Both the position numbers and the translations under genes were made by a program. Positions 1 to 52,474 of a DNA stretch of 64,000 bases are shown one piece after another (the first letter of the stretch is position 1; every line of letters begins with the position of its first letter). The stretch comes from Enoplolaimus lenunculus (Eukaryota): assembly GCA_030248215.1 (NCBI GenBank), contig JASANG010003494.1, positions 248,001 through 312,000 on the forward strand, in the 5' to 3' direction. Below the pieces are notes generated by a model. It was not told the DNA's origin. It worked only from the letters and a program-made list of their open reading frames with translations, and did no database searches.

Positions 1-40154
<40,154 letters not shown>

Positions 40155-40502
40155 AACCACCCCAATCCCCAATGATTATACCCGGCATATGTCTTCTGAG
40201 ATGATACTGCCGCCCCGCCTCCCCCCATGATTCGCTATTGTTTTCCATACTTCCCTGATCCGTCAGCGTCCTTATTATTCGGATCGTTTCCACAAATTAT
40301 CTCCCACGGCAAAGCCTTCTTTACTAAAACGATGCTGCCCTAAATCAATAGCTATTAAGTTATACTTTATTGAATCTCATTTATTAAACATTCACTCTCA
40401 CGTTTAGCTTCAACTGCAGTTTGGTTTGTAAACCAGTGCCCGGTTTGTGTTTGCAATGACGGTCGCATGATGGTATATTGACCAGGGTAAATGCTACGCT
40501 TA

Positions 40503-41012
40503 AGGGTGGCGCTATACTTGTCGTTCGGCGCCCTCCGTCACCGTCCGTAATTCACTTACGGTATCGTACGTGAGTTATTCACTTACGGTATCGTACGTGA
40601 GTAATTCACTTACGGTATCGTAAGTGAGTAATTCACTTACGGTATCGTACGAGAGTAATTCACTTACGGTATCGTACGCGAGAAATTCACTTACGGTATC
40701 GTACGTGAGTAATTAACTTACGGTATCGTACGTGAGTAATTCACTTACGGTATCGTACGTGAGTAATTCACTTACGGTATCGTACGTGAGTAATTCACTT
40801 ACGGTATCGTACGTGAGTAATTCACTTACGGTATCGTACGTGAGTAATTCACTTACGGTATCGTACGTGAGTAATTCACGTACGGTATTGTACGTGAGTA
40901 ATTCACTTACGGTATCGTACGTGAGTAATTCACTTACGATATCGCACGGTGACTAACGGCACCGGACGTTGACGGACGGCGCCGGAAGTCATCAAAAGTA
41001 TAGCACCACCCT
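40503..41012. mobile_element. TIR element containing a 27-bp tandem array
   Basis: AGGGTGGCGCTATACTT...AAGTATAGCACCACCCT; about 15 copies of AATTCACTTACGGTATCGTACGTGAGT at 40549-40953. Confidence 0.75.
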
Positions 41013-41463
41013 GAAAGTTCTGTTCACAAATGACAAGTTTTATTACCAGGGGCGTGCGCAGGAAATTATATTTGGGGGGCACCGTATAGTTTTGGGGAAC
41101 ATACACCCTACAATTGTAGTTTAGGATTGTTTAGCTTTAGACCGAGTCTATTGGAGGGGCACCAGGGAAATTTTCGAAAAGACACGGCACCCCAATGCCT
41201 CACGTGGGGACGCCCTTGTTTACCACCGAAAAAATTGAACCAGTTTCAGTTCAGGTCCGTAGTCATAGCAAAGCCTCAACTCGCCTGCAAAAAATTCCCC
41301 CCTCCCGCGAAAATTGTCACCTTGCTAGTACGTTATTAGAATAGGATGTGTACCTTTTCGCCGAGTTTTCTATCACCATAGTACGTTGAGCGGAACGGTT
41401 TTCTGTGGTACTCCAATAACGTAAAGCTTAAGCTTTAAAGATAACTGAACATTTTTCGCTTAA

Positions 41464-41583
41464 CCCTTTATCACATGAATATTTTCTATTTCCCCTGAGA
41501 CCTGCTTTTATGCAAGGATTCGAACACCAGTGACTGGAGTGGGAGGCGTTTACCGTCACCACTCAGCTATATGTGAGAAGGGG
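41464..41583 (-). mobile_element. piggyBac-like mini-element with tRNA-type A/B boxes
   Basis: TTAA flanks; CCCTTTATCACATG...TATGTGAGAAGGGG termini; minus strand TAGCTGAGTGG...GTTCGAATCC. Confidence 0.6.
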
Positions 41584-42056
41584 TTAAACTAATATTTTTG
41601 CTTTAGGTTTAGGCTTAGCTATAAGCTCATTTTTACACTTAAGCTTAGGCTTAGGAATATGCTTATACTGCTGTTACGGCCCTATTCAATGCATTTGGCG
41701 GGTTAATATTATTAGGGCTGAGTGTGGTCTCCATAATTGTTATGAATTAGACAACACATTACTGCAATTATTGCAACTGTTTCGCTGTATGTATTTATTT
41801 TGCCAAATCATTCAGGTTACACATAATATGCAAACTATATTTATATATTTTGTAATTGTCATTTAATGGAGTTTTCACCTTCACCTGCAATACACTGCAT
41901 GCACAATTTGATAGGCACAAGCTGTGTAATAACATTTAGTAATAATCATAATTCTATAATATATCAGACCCGTAACGAATTCAACATGGCTTTGTAGGGG
42001 ACATAGCCGGCCTTGCCCCTCTGTACCCATTATTAGAAAAAGTGTAAAAACATTTA

Positions 42057-42333
42057 AGCCCTGTTCACACGTGGAAATTTTTGCTGTCAGAAGTTGCAGC
42101 TGCAACTTGCACTACTTGCAAGTTTTGTCCAGAATCCTGTTGGAAAACTTGCAGCTGCAAATAATTTATTAAAAATCATAGCTAGGAATTTAGTTCACAT
42201 GTGTGAATAACCGTGCAAGTTCAACGGGTTATTGCATCCGCTTTCTCATTGGTTGATGAAAAAATGCAAGTTCTGCGTGCAATTTGCAGCTGAAAATTCT
42301 CGCGGCAAAAACTTGTACGTGTGAATTAGGGCT
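42057..42333. mobile_element. PIF/Harbinger-like MITE (also about 8971-9190 and 43630-43850)
   Basis: AGCCCTGTTCACACG...CGTGTGAATTAGGGCT; TTA/TAA flanks. Confidence 0.65.
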
Positions 42334-44933
42334 TAAGTCTTTTGAAACTGACAGCGGCCCATCTCTAGATCGAGCGTAGACCGTTTTCCTACGGGACGGC
42401 AATAGAATAATCTTGTTCGAAAGGAATTTCGAAGCGTAGCTAGAATTACATTTCGGAAGAGTATAATGTTGCGCATGAAAATTGTTTTGAGTTGTTGAAT
42501 CAAGCTGAATATTAAAGTTCGCAAGAGTACCTTGTTTCTCGTCTCTCCGAAAATTTCAGGTCAGGGTTCAACCGGAATTCTTGCCCCGGCCGAAATTCGT
42601 GCAAAAATTTAGTTCCTATTTCTGTTACTGCATTCAAAGATGTAGGAACCGGAATTTTCACGGTTTTGTGATAAATTATTTATAATTTTATTGAAATATT
42701 TTGAAACTTTGTCTTTAAAAAGTTATTATTTCGAAAATGAGTGCTTTTGCAATTACTTTGTTAATAAACTGTTAGAACAAAAAATCTGATATGTTTACGC
42801 AAAACTTTATGATGAAATAGCTCAAAATTCGCTTAAGCCATTTTTGGCTAGTTTTCTGAAAAGTCCAACAGTTACTCGGTGATGAAAAGATTTCAAATTC
42901 CAGTTCTTTTTCTGTTCCTGTTCGGGTAAAACTTAATTCCTGTTCGAACCAGGGGATATGTCCACCTGCCACCCCTCCCCCTTGAATTTAACCCTGCACG
43001 ATATATTCTGGTTTCACTTCACAGCGATTGGTTTTTAGTAAACAGTCCTTCAGAGGAGCAATAAATGGCTTTTTCGGTTTCTCAGCAAATCTTTCAAACA
43101 GTTATTATTTTGTGTAGTCGTGTTGCATTGTGATATGCAGTATTAAATGTGCTTTTATGTTTTGGTTCTATGCTTATTTGGCCAATGTTACTTTTGATCA
43201 ATGTTACTTCTAGGGGCGTAACAGTAGATTAAGCATATTCTTAAGCCTAATCTTAAGCCTAAGCGTTGCAAAGATGTGTTCCTAAGCCTAAGCAAAAAAT
43301 GTAATCTAGAATCTAAACCTTCTCTTTTATAGACCCACCAGAAACCTGGACGCCCCTTAACGTAACATGTGCCGCTTATTTTATACATCATAGGTCCAGT
43401 ATATTCTCTAATGTGTATAGCACCTAGTTCGCGAAATATTTTAAAATTGATCGGCAACGACTTTAAAGTAATTTAAAATTCTTAACACTTAGCTTTATTA
43501 CAACTGAAACGGTAATTCATTTTCAGGAAGTATTTTTTGAAATTTACCAGTAACAATTGATTGTTTGTGTGACGTACCAGGTTTGAATTAACGGTGATTA
43601 TCACTGCAATTTTGAAAGTTTAAAGTTTAAGCCGTATTCACACGAGCAAGTTTTTGCTGCGAGAACTTGCAGCTGCAAATTGCACGCAAACTTGCATTTT
43701 TCCATCAGCCAACGAGAAAGCGGTAGCAATAAATTCAAAATTGCATGGTTGTTTACACATGGAAAAAATTCCTAGCTATGATTTTTAATGAATTATTTGC
43801 AGCTGCAAGTTTTTCGAACGCGATTTTGGACAGAACTTGCAAGTGTGAATTGTGATTTACAAATTTCGAGAAAACAATTGCAAGATTAAATTTTTGAAGA
43901 TTTAAGGCTAATTTTGTTCGACAGCGAAACGTTTTCTACAGCACATTTTTGCTTAGGCTTTGGGCTAGGCTTAGCTATAAGTTTATTCCCACGGTTAGAT
44001 TCAGACCTAGCCTTAGGAATATGCTTATACTACTGTTACAGACATGTTCTATGCATTGGCTGATGCCTCTAATTTGAATAATTACTTGGTAAAATTGCTC
44101 TGCCCAAGACTAGCATATTGAGGTCTAAAACATCAGAAAACAGTACACTTTCGCTGAGGTTAAGGCCAAGGTTTAAGCTTAGGTACGCGACTTTTAGGTC
44201 TTGGTAAACTGAATTGCCTAAAATTCTAGCTTTAAAGCAAACATCTAAGTATATTCTGAGATTCTAGCTCACGTGTAAGCTTATGGGACTGAGTTGAGAA
44301 GCTGTTCATGGCATAGAGCACTGGTTTTTATATGTTTGTATTCTGCATTGTCTATCATATGCATTATGTCTTGGGAATTTGTGCAATTTTTGCGTTAATC
44401 AATAAAACGATGAAGATTTCAATGTAGACTTGCCTCAATTGCGTTGGTAGAAAAATAAAACATCTTTGAAACTTTAGCTATGATGTATCTACAATAACTG
44501 GCGTACACCAGATAATTTTTCAATTATTCTACAGTAGTCATATTTTTTCAGTCTCGTACTGTAGTAGATCTTGCCGTCGACTACATATGAAAAAGTTATC
44601 TTGGTGTGCACAGCAAGTTGTTGCAAATTTTGCATAGGTTTGGCGATTGTGGATCGACTAACTACTACCTTTTAGGCAAGTGTAGACAGAGACCCGGTCA
44701 GTACCCAGAGGGCCACGGGGTGATTCAGCCCCCTAAAGCAATTCCCCCCAGAAAATTTCCGACGATGCTTGCAAATCAGCGGGACTCCTGAGAAATGTTT
44801 AGGTTCCGTCTGTAAGGTGGTAAGCTGGCTACGGACCTGAGAAATACACGAATAACAAAAATAACAGTAACGTTTCATTATTTCAGTATCGCAAACTAAG
44901 CATAAGACGCTGATTGCGAAAAACATAAGAGCT

Positions 44934-47900
44934 TCAAATATCATAAACGTAGCTTTGGCACAAGCTTAATGCAAACGCAATTATTTGCAAAAAGCAAAAC
45001 ACCTGAAATAAACCGTGAATCTTCCTGTAAATGTAACATTTCGTCGTAGTAAAGTTGGCTTCAAACTATGCCCCTGACGGTAATAATTCATCAATGCTTT
45101 GATTAAATGTTGGAAACATAAATGTGTGTGCGAGGTTCAGTATTTGTTTTTATCCGAAGGAATAATAAGCACAATCGTTCATTAAATATATGTTCACTTA
45201 AACAAATTGTTCCGGCGTAAAATATTTTTAAATGCAAAATTACTGCGTATATCTTAGTTCTATTCGAAATTCTAGCCTCGCCGATATTAGGACTTTGGTG
45301 TAAGTGTTCCATTATTTTGGAAAAAATAGCGATTTTTGTGTTTCTTAACGTTTTTCCGAACCGTACCAACCGCGGAAAAATTCGGAAAAAAGAGTTACTC
45401 TACCTAGGCGCATATTCTCAAATGTGTATAAGTAGCAACTGTTACCAGCTATTAATAGGTGTTTTTAAGCTCACTAACTATTGCAAGTTTTTAACTCAAA
45501 ATTCGGTACAGGAGTAGAGAAAATTATATGCGAAAAATATGCTGAGTTTTGAGCCTCAGCATTCATGCACTGGTTCGAAAATTATAAGACCTATGATCAC
45601 CAACTGGTATTAGGTGCTATACACATTTGATAATACGGGCCCTAACCATATGGTTAATACGGCTAAGAGAAATCAATTAATTGAAGTTTGGCTTAAAATT
45701 CGACTATTCTTCAGCTGTTTTGATTGTGCATATATGTAGCAAACTTTCCATCAGTATCCCCCTGTATAAAATAGGTCATGAATAAAGAGGCCCATGTATA
45801 AATCAGGGGCAAACCGTTTTTCCGTGGAACTGCAATACAGTAAGTTTAAGCTTTAGACTATTTTGTGCATATAAGCTTGGCTTAGAAATATGCTTATTCT
45901 ACTGCTGTGGTCCTATTGCTTAAATCGGCCAATAATAGGCATTTGGGTTTCGCTTAAATTTAGGATCCAAAGATGGGGTCGTCAACATTTGTGCCAACTT
46001 ACTGATGCTGCTGCCCGTCGCCGAAACAATTCACGCCACACAAACCATCTTGAATCGCGCGCATCGTAGGACCAGTCGCGAAGTCGAACAGTATAGAAAG
46101 TTTCAACTGCAGATGCAACACAAAATAACACAATGCCAATGATATAATAGACTTTAACCTAAATTAATAAACATTCAAATTAATCTGCATCAAACAGTTA
46201 AAAATATATACTGAAATGCAGTGCCGGTGCATACAGCGGCCGAAGCTACCCCCACACTTCAGCGTTGGGGCTCCCAAAATCTTGAGCGAAGCGAGCGAGA
46301 AGCCAGACGCAATTGAAAACTTCGGAGGTTTTTGTTTCATCTGCTATAAGGGTGGGGGGCACCTTTAGGGGTGGCGGCCGGGGGTGGCTGCTTCAGCGCT
46401 GCTGAAATGCCTGTATAAAAGCGATGGCTGTGAAATCCATCCAATCCTTAAAACCTAAAGCTTAAAGTTAAATCCCTAACCATAAACGCAATGGCGGGTC
46501 CAGAAGTTTCTGACAGGTAGGCAGGCTGGCAAATGCTACGAAACGCAATTTTACTGTAAACTGAAGGGGTGGACATGCGAACCTCCACCTCCTTCTGGAT
46601 CCGCTAGCGCATAAGCGGAAGCTTAAGCTGAAGTCTAAACCTAAGACAGAGAACAAGCCTAAGGCCTAAGCATATGTAAACTTACAATTGTTTGACAACT
46701 ATGACCGGCGCAAGATGTTCCAGAATGACAATTGCAAAACACAAAAATCAACAATATTGCACTTGCAATAAACGTCACCGCACAAACGAACAGCGTAAAA
46801 TATTCGCCCCTCAGAACATAACTCGAGCGATCGTCAAATTCTTCATAAACAATTAGGCCGAGAACAATTACTGAGATTACCTAAAAAGCAAAAACTAACC
46901 AAATTTAAATTGTCGTTGCACAAATTACACATAGGGCATTTTGCTATTACCTAAAAATTAGCTTTTTGGCCCCATATAAAGATCAGGGACGGAACGTTTT
47001 TCTGTAGGACTGCAATAGAGTACGCTTAAGCTTTAGACTAATTTTTGCTTAGCTTAGGCTTTGGCTTAGGCTTAAGAATATGCTAGTTCTTACGCTTAGG
47101 CTTAGGCTTAGGAATATACTCATTCTTACGCTTAGGCTTAGACTAAGGCTTTGGCTTATGTTGTTCTGCCCCTGTTCTATACTTTGGAACGCTTAAACTA
47201 AGCCTAAAACCAAACTGATTTGCGGGAAAACTAGTAGCTTGTCTTTAAGTTGTTGATTTATTAACTCATTACCTTAAAAGTTTAATGATCAAAAATATTT
47301 GCTTCTACTCAGCGAAATTCCGCAGGCTCGAAAAACCTGTATAAAAGTTGCAGCGGAGGCACAGATTCTAAACCCTCTAGCGCACTAGAAATTCAATAAA
47401 TCCACCGTACACTGCAAATTCCAGCGATTTGTTAATGAACTCCGCGAGAGAATTATATTTGTTATTCCAATTTATTTCTGAGTTGATAACAGTAATATTA
47501 ACGCACTCTGCGCTGTTTTAAATACTTCCGAGTGGATTCAACTCATCCGGGTCTGAGTTAAAATCAACTCACTGGAATTTACAGTGTATATATCTTCGTG
47601 ACCGGAGTTCAATGGTACCATTTCTATAGCTGCATACGTAATGGTTTAAAAGTTATGACCCGCAAAATAACAGACGGCAATATATGGCATGCCTTAACTC
47701 TTCTGTAACTGCATTTTTGTGTTTTCGATGCGTTTACTAAATTCAACGACTGAAGTTAACCTTAAACCTTGCAGCCCCATTATTGCCTGCAGTATATACG
47801 TTTACGCAACACTGCAGGATGCAACCGGAGGTGAAAAACACCGGAACCGCAGCCGGAGGTGAGGCGAAATTAGGTTGTAAAAATGATGGTTAATTAGTAA

Positions 47901-48210
47901 ATTTTGGCGAATACCTGCAATATGTCGTTAAGTGGCTTGCTTTTACGCTAATTTTCAAATTTGAATCAGAAAATTGTGAAAAAGTAAAAAGAAACGCGCT
48001 AAACAGATAAATTTTGCAAAATTTTACTATCGATATTGCCGGAACTTCCGGCAAAAATTCCGCCGAAGCCGAAGGCCTATTTTCTGCCGGAGCCGGAGCT
48101 GGAGGTAGACCTCCGGTTGTACCCTGAAACACAGCTAAAATTACCATATGGCAGTATTTCAAAATCCCTGGTACCGAACAACAATAACGAGGTCGCATAT
48201 GGATTGCCAT
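44934..48210 (-). CDS. MARVEL-domain (CKLF/plasmolipin-like) four-TM membrane protein; exons 48210-48145, 46880-46686, 46160-46003, 45002-44934; apparent 1-nt frameshift at the start of exon 3
   Basis: GT-AG exons: MAIHMRPRYCCSVPGILKYCHM | VISVIVLGLIVYEEFDDRSSYVLRGEYFTLFVCAVTFIASAILLIFVFCNCHSGTSCAGHSCQTI | (fs)SLLYIIGIVLFCVASAVETFY...RRRAAAS | VFCFLQIIAFALSLCQSYVYDI-stop. Four hydrophobic helices and a PGILK motif; about 162 aa if one base is restored. Confidence 0.72.
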
Positions 48211-50799
48211 TTTTGAAATGATGATTTGTCACCAAATATTTATTGTAAGTTTCTGTCAAACCAATTTTTACATTATAGCCAGATGTCTGTATAAAGCGGA
48301 TATCATTTTGCATTTCCGGTATTAGAATTTATGTCCGTTTTCATTTTTCTATTTCCGGCTGCGTTGTTTGGATAAATATTCGTTTTAATTTTTGGAGTTT
48401 TTACAATATATCACTGTAAATTCCAGTGCGTTGATTTTAACTCAGAATAAATTGAATCACTCAGTCTGAGAGTTAGGACTATCAGAACTCAGAATTCTGA
48501 GCTAAGTCAACTCATTCTGATTTAATTAACCAACTCGCCCGGAATCAACTCAACTCAGAGTGAGAATCAGCTCAATTCATATTGAGTTAAAGTTAACTTT
48601 TATTACTTTAGAAATAACTAATTATTCGTTTGTGTTGATTAATTAAGTCATTGGAATTTACAGTGTACCCGCTCACTCTCTGATATATCTAGCACGGGTG
48701 GAAGTAAAAGGGTCTTTCGACAGTTTTACTTGCTCTCGTATATAAAACGGTTTCGAACTGAGTTGCATAGATTGCATTGGGGAAAAATTGTTGCAATTTC
48801 TTTCGCAATTTTGCTACTTAAATCATTTTTGCAGTTAATTTTGCAACCCTCGATCTTTAAAATACTGGTTTAAGTTCAGGCGCGGGTTAAAAGTGGGTCG
48901 CATTGAGCTGTTTTTAGCGCGGCTCAACGGGCAAAAATTCCCATTTGAGTGGGTAAAGCGTGGGTGAGTGAAAAATCCTTACCCACATCTCGCCATGGCG
49001 ACGAATACTTAAGAGTACCGCAACTTGCTCCGCTCATTACTGCACGATGCGGTCGAGCCAAATTACACGTTTCATTTAGGAATTTAACCATTCTTCACAC
49101 CAGGGTGCAACCGGATTTGAAAAATACCGAGCCGGAGCCGGAGGTGAGGCGAAACTAGGTAGTAAAAATGATGGTTAATTAGTTAATTTTAGCCAATACC
49201 TGCAATATGTTGTTGTTGTTTGGTTTCTATACTAATTTTCAGCGAAATTTCGGAAATTTTTTCCTGAAAATTGTGACAAAAGTAAAACGAAACGCGCTCG
49301 TTAACAGATAAATTTTGCAACATTATGCAAAGTTTTACTACCGAAATTGCCGGAATCACCGTCAAAAATGCTACCGGCACCAGAGGAAGTCAACACAGGG
49401 CCGTGTGCACAAAAAATACAAGGGGTGGGTCCGGGGAGATCGTAATGCGGGGTGCATGTTTTAAATCGGGCAGTTCGGTCACGTTTTGTCAATTTCGATA
49501 CATATTGAAACTATTGTAGCGAAAAGTTTGCGTGGCTGCGTAGCTCAGTGGTTAGAGTAGCGGACCGGTGAGATTGTCTAACACTAAGCCCTACATCGAA
49601 AGTTGTGCACTCTAAACTCTTTAGAATCACAACTTCGCGGGAATAGAAAGTATACTCGGAGAGTGCAATTATATGTAATTTTCGTAGTGCAAATTTAATA
49701 AGGACTGAAGGAGTTCACATTACCGGTACTCTTTCATTATTATATGCTACGCCGGCATTCCTTTGTGTATATGTCGTAGGCAAATCAGCTATTCAGGGCA
49801 ATGACCAATTGTCCTAGGTCAATGTGCTATTTTATGTATTAATTGCAATGTGGTCAGGGCTAAACTGCTATTGAACTTATAGAACAATCAGATTTGATTA
49901 TTGGGGCGGACGCAATACCGTTAACCAATCTGTGTTAGTATAACATCACTGTTATTTTGCGAAAGCTCAAAAAAAAGCAAATTGTCCTAGCCCTAACTGC
50001 TATTTGCTTCGAATAGCAAACTGGCCTAGGCCAATTGGTAAATTCGACCTGAATAGCAGATTGTCCTACGACATATATACCTATATACATTTGACAAAGC
50101 GTGCATGCAGACCGCATAATATCAATTCCGAGCATATTGTAGATTTCTGCGGAAATCCTCGGATATTTGAACAGTAAACGATGTGGAACGGTTTGAATGT
50201 TGTCATAAATTGAGTTTTGAGCCATGTTTAGAGATATTTTAGCCAATGTAGAACAGGACCGTAAACAGTATATATAAGCATCTTCGTAAGCCTAAATCCT
50301 TCATAGCCTAAACCTATTAAGCGCAAGAATAAGTAATACATAAGCATGTCGTCCTAAAAGCCTAATCGTAAGCAAAATATGTAAAGCTTGTTCTTTGTTG
50401 TCCCGCAAAAAACACTTCGCCCCTGATTTTTGCATGGACTGATATTTCAAACATTTACAAAATTGGCCGAAGTACCTATTTCTGTATGACAATAAGACTC
50501 TTGGCCCTCTTTTAGGCCTCCACTATAAGACAGAGTGCACGGATAAAGCTCAAAACTCAGCAAATAAATGAATACTATGTTGTGAAGCAATACACATTTG
50601 CCTCTGGCTTTAATACATCAATGCAATGAATAAGCTGTAAGCCAAGCACCAGAGTGTAACACAGTTTACATTTGGAAAACATAAAACATAGTAGTTTGAT
50701 ATGTGGCAATTTCTACACATAAATAAACCTTTGTTTATATCATTTCCATTCTTAAATCATCAATCAATAAAATTTGTTTTTCGTTTCTACTTTACATTC

Positions 50800-51425
50800 G
50801 GCTCGTTTCGGTTATCCTCCGAGCCCGTGTTTGTTCAAAAGTGGATGGATTTTGAAAATTTTTTGCATATTTGTGCTTCTCATGACTTGCCCTGATCATT
50901 TCACACCTAAATGTGAATTTTTGGTAAAATTTCGATTATTTCCCTATTAAGTCCGCCCCTTGGGACTCAACAAAAGTTTTTTGCCCAAAAATTTAAGAAC
51001 TAACATACCATTTGATGCAGCTTGCACAGCTGAGTCCAACGGTGTTAAATTTTTTGCACTCAAACGATTGGTTAACGAATTATGGTGAAATAACTAGTTT
51101 GGCGCCGACCCAAATCGTTGGTAGCGCGCCTAATCAGTTATTTGACAATAACTCGCTAACCAACTGCATGATTACAAAAAATTTAACACCATTGGACTCA
51201 GCTCTGCGCGCTGCATCGAATGATACATAATTTGTCACACTTTTTGACAAAAACTTTTTGGGTCCCTAGAGGGGACATTGGGACCTTTAAAAAATCGAAT
51301 TTTTCAAAAATACAAATTTGGCCATGGAATGATCAGAGGAGGCCATGAGAAGTTCAAATTGGAAAAATTTTCAAAATCCGACCACTTTTGGGCAAACGCG
51401 GGCGGGGGGATAACCGAAAAGACCC
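50800..51425. mobile_element. long-TIR non-autonomous DNA element
   Basis: Over 100-bp imperfect TIRs; CATTC direct flanks. Confidence 0.65.
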
Positions 51426-52474
51426 CATTCGTATGGGGTCCGTGAGATTCCTTTTTATAAAAGGCGAAGTACTACCACGGTATCCTTTCGGTGTTTAGGC
51501 AGGAAGGCGATTTCGAAGAAAGTATATGTATTGTATACCGCATTCCATCAAAGCACGCACAAACGTTAACAGACCCATCTGCTGATAAAAATTTGAAGCT
51601 TTGCTGAAAGACCTCTCACGACACGCAACATTTACAAAAAACTAGGGTGAAATATTATAAAGCATAAATCGAAAAGTATGAAATGTTTTCTAGTGCAAAA
51701 AACGCTAAAAATCACTAAAACCCAAAAAGTCTGTAGTATTTGTACCGGACACTATTCATATTACAAAATTTCACAACGTGTAATCGAAGCTACACCAACT
51801 GTCGTTTGTGAAAGTCAATACATTAATAGCAGCTATCGCACGAAAACATGGTGTCTTTATGCTTTATGCAATTCTTATATAATATAATATGTAACACACA
51901 TAACTGTGATACTTATAATTTCAATTTATAGCTCTTAAAAGTATAAAAGAAAGGGTTGAAATTGTTGTTGTTACGGTAAACGTGGACTCGGGAAGTTTAA
52001 GACCTAAATTTTGCAGTAGTTGGTTTAGGTTTGCTCCTCGATAATCCTATAGCTAGTCTGTTTTGAGCAAAGTTTGGGTTTTTAATATGCAAAAATTGCC
52101 AAATTCCTATTCTTCGTCTGGTGAAAACCCCGCACACGCACTATGGTTATGTGATGCAAAATATTGGTGTCCAAAGCTAAGTATATAGCTTTTACGAGCG
52201 ACTCTGAGTTTTAATGTTGCTTCTTTTTTATCAAATCTAATTACTCAGTTAGCAAATTACTTTCCAAAACTTTTAGGAAGTTTGTAATGGGGGAGAATTC
52301 TGCATCAGCGAAACTATATTAGTGAATTGTTGCTTATGCCGTAAATTCAAGTAACACACTAACTAGTTTATGAATATTTTAACGCTAAAACGTGGATAAT
52401 AGAAGAAATGATTGTCAGTCTAGGTAGGAACCAAGGACATCAGACCTTTCTACTAAGCAGTTGGAAAAGCGGGT

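Noticed and set aside
40549..40953. CRISPR-like palindromic 27-bp repeats
   Set aside because: No unique spacers, no cas genes, eukaryotic context; it is a tandem array inside a TIR element.
47273..47336. Extra exon of the MARVEL gene (good AG/GT sites)
   Set aside because: 64 nt with stops in all three frames; not needed to join 48145 to 46880.
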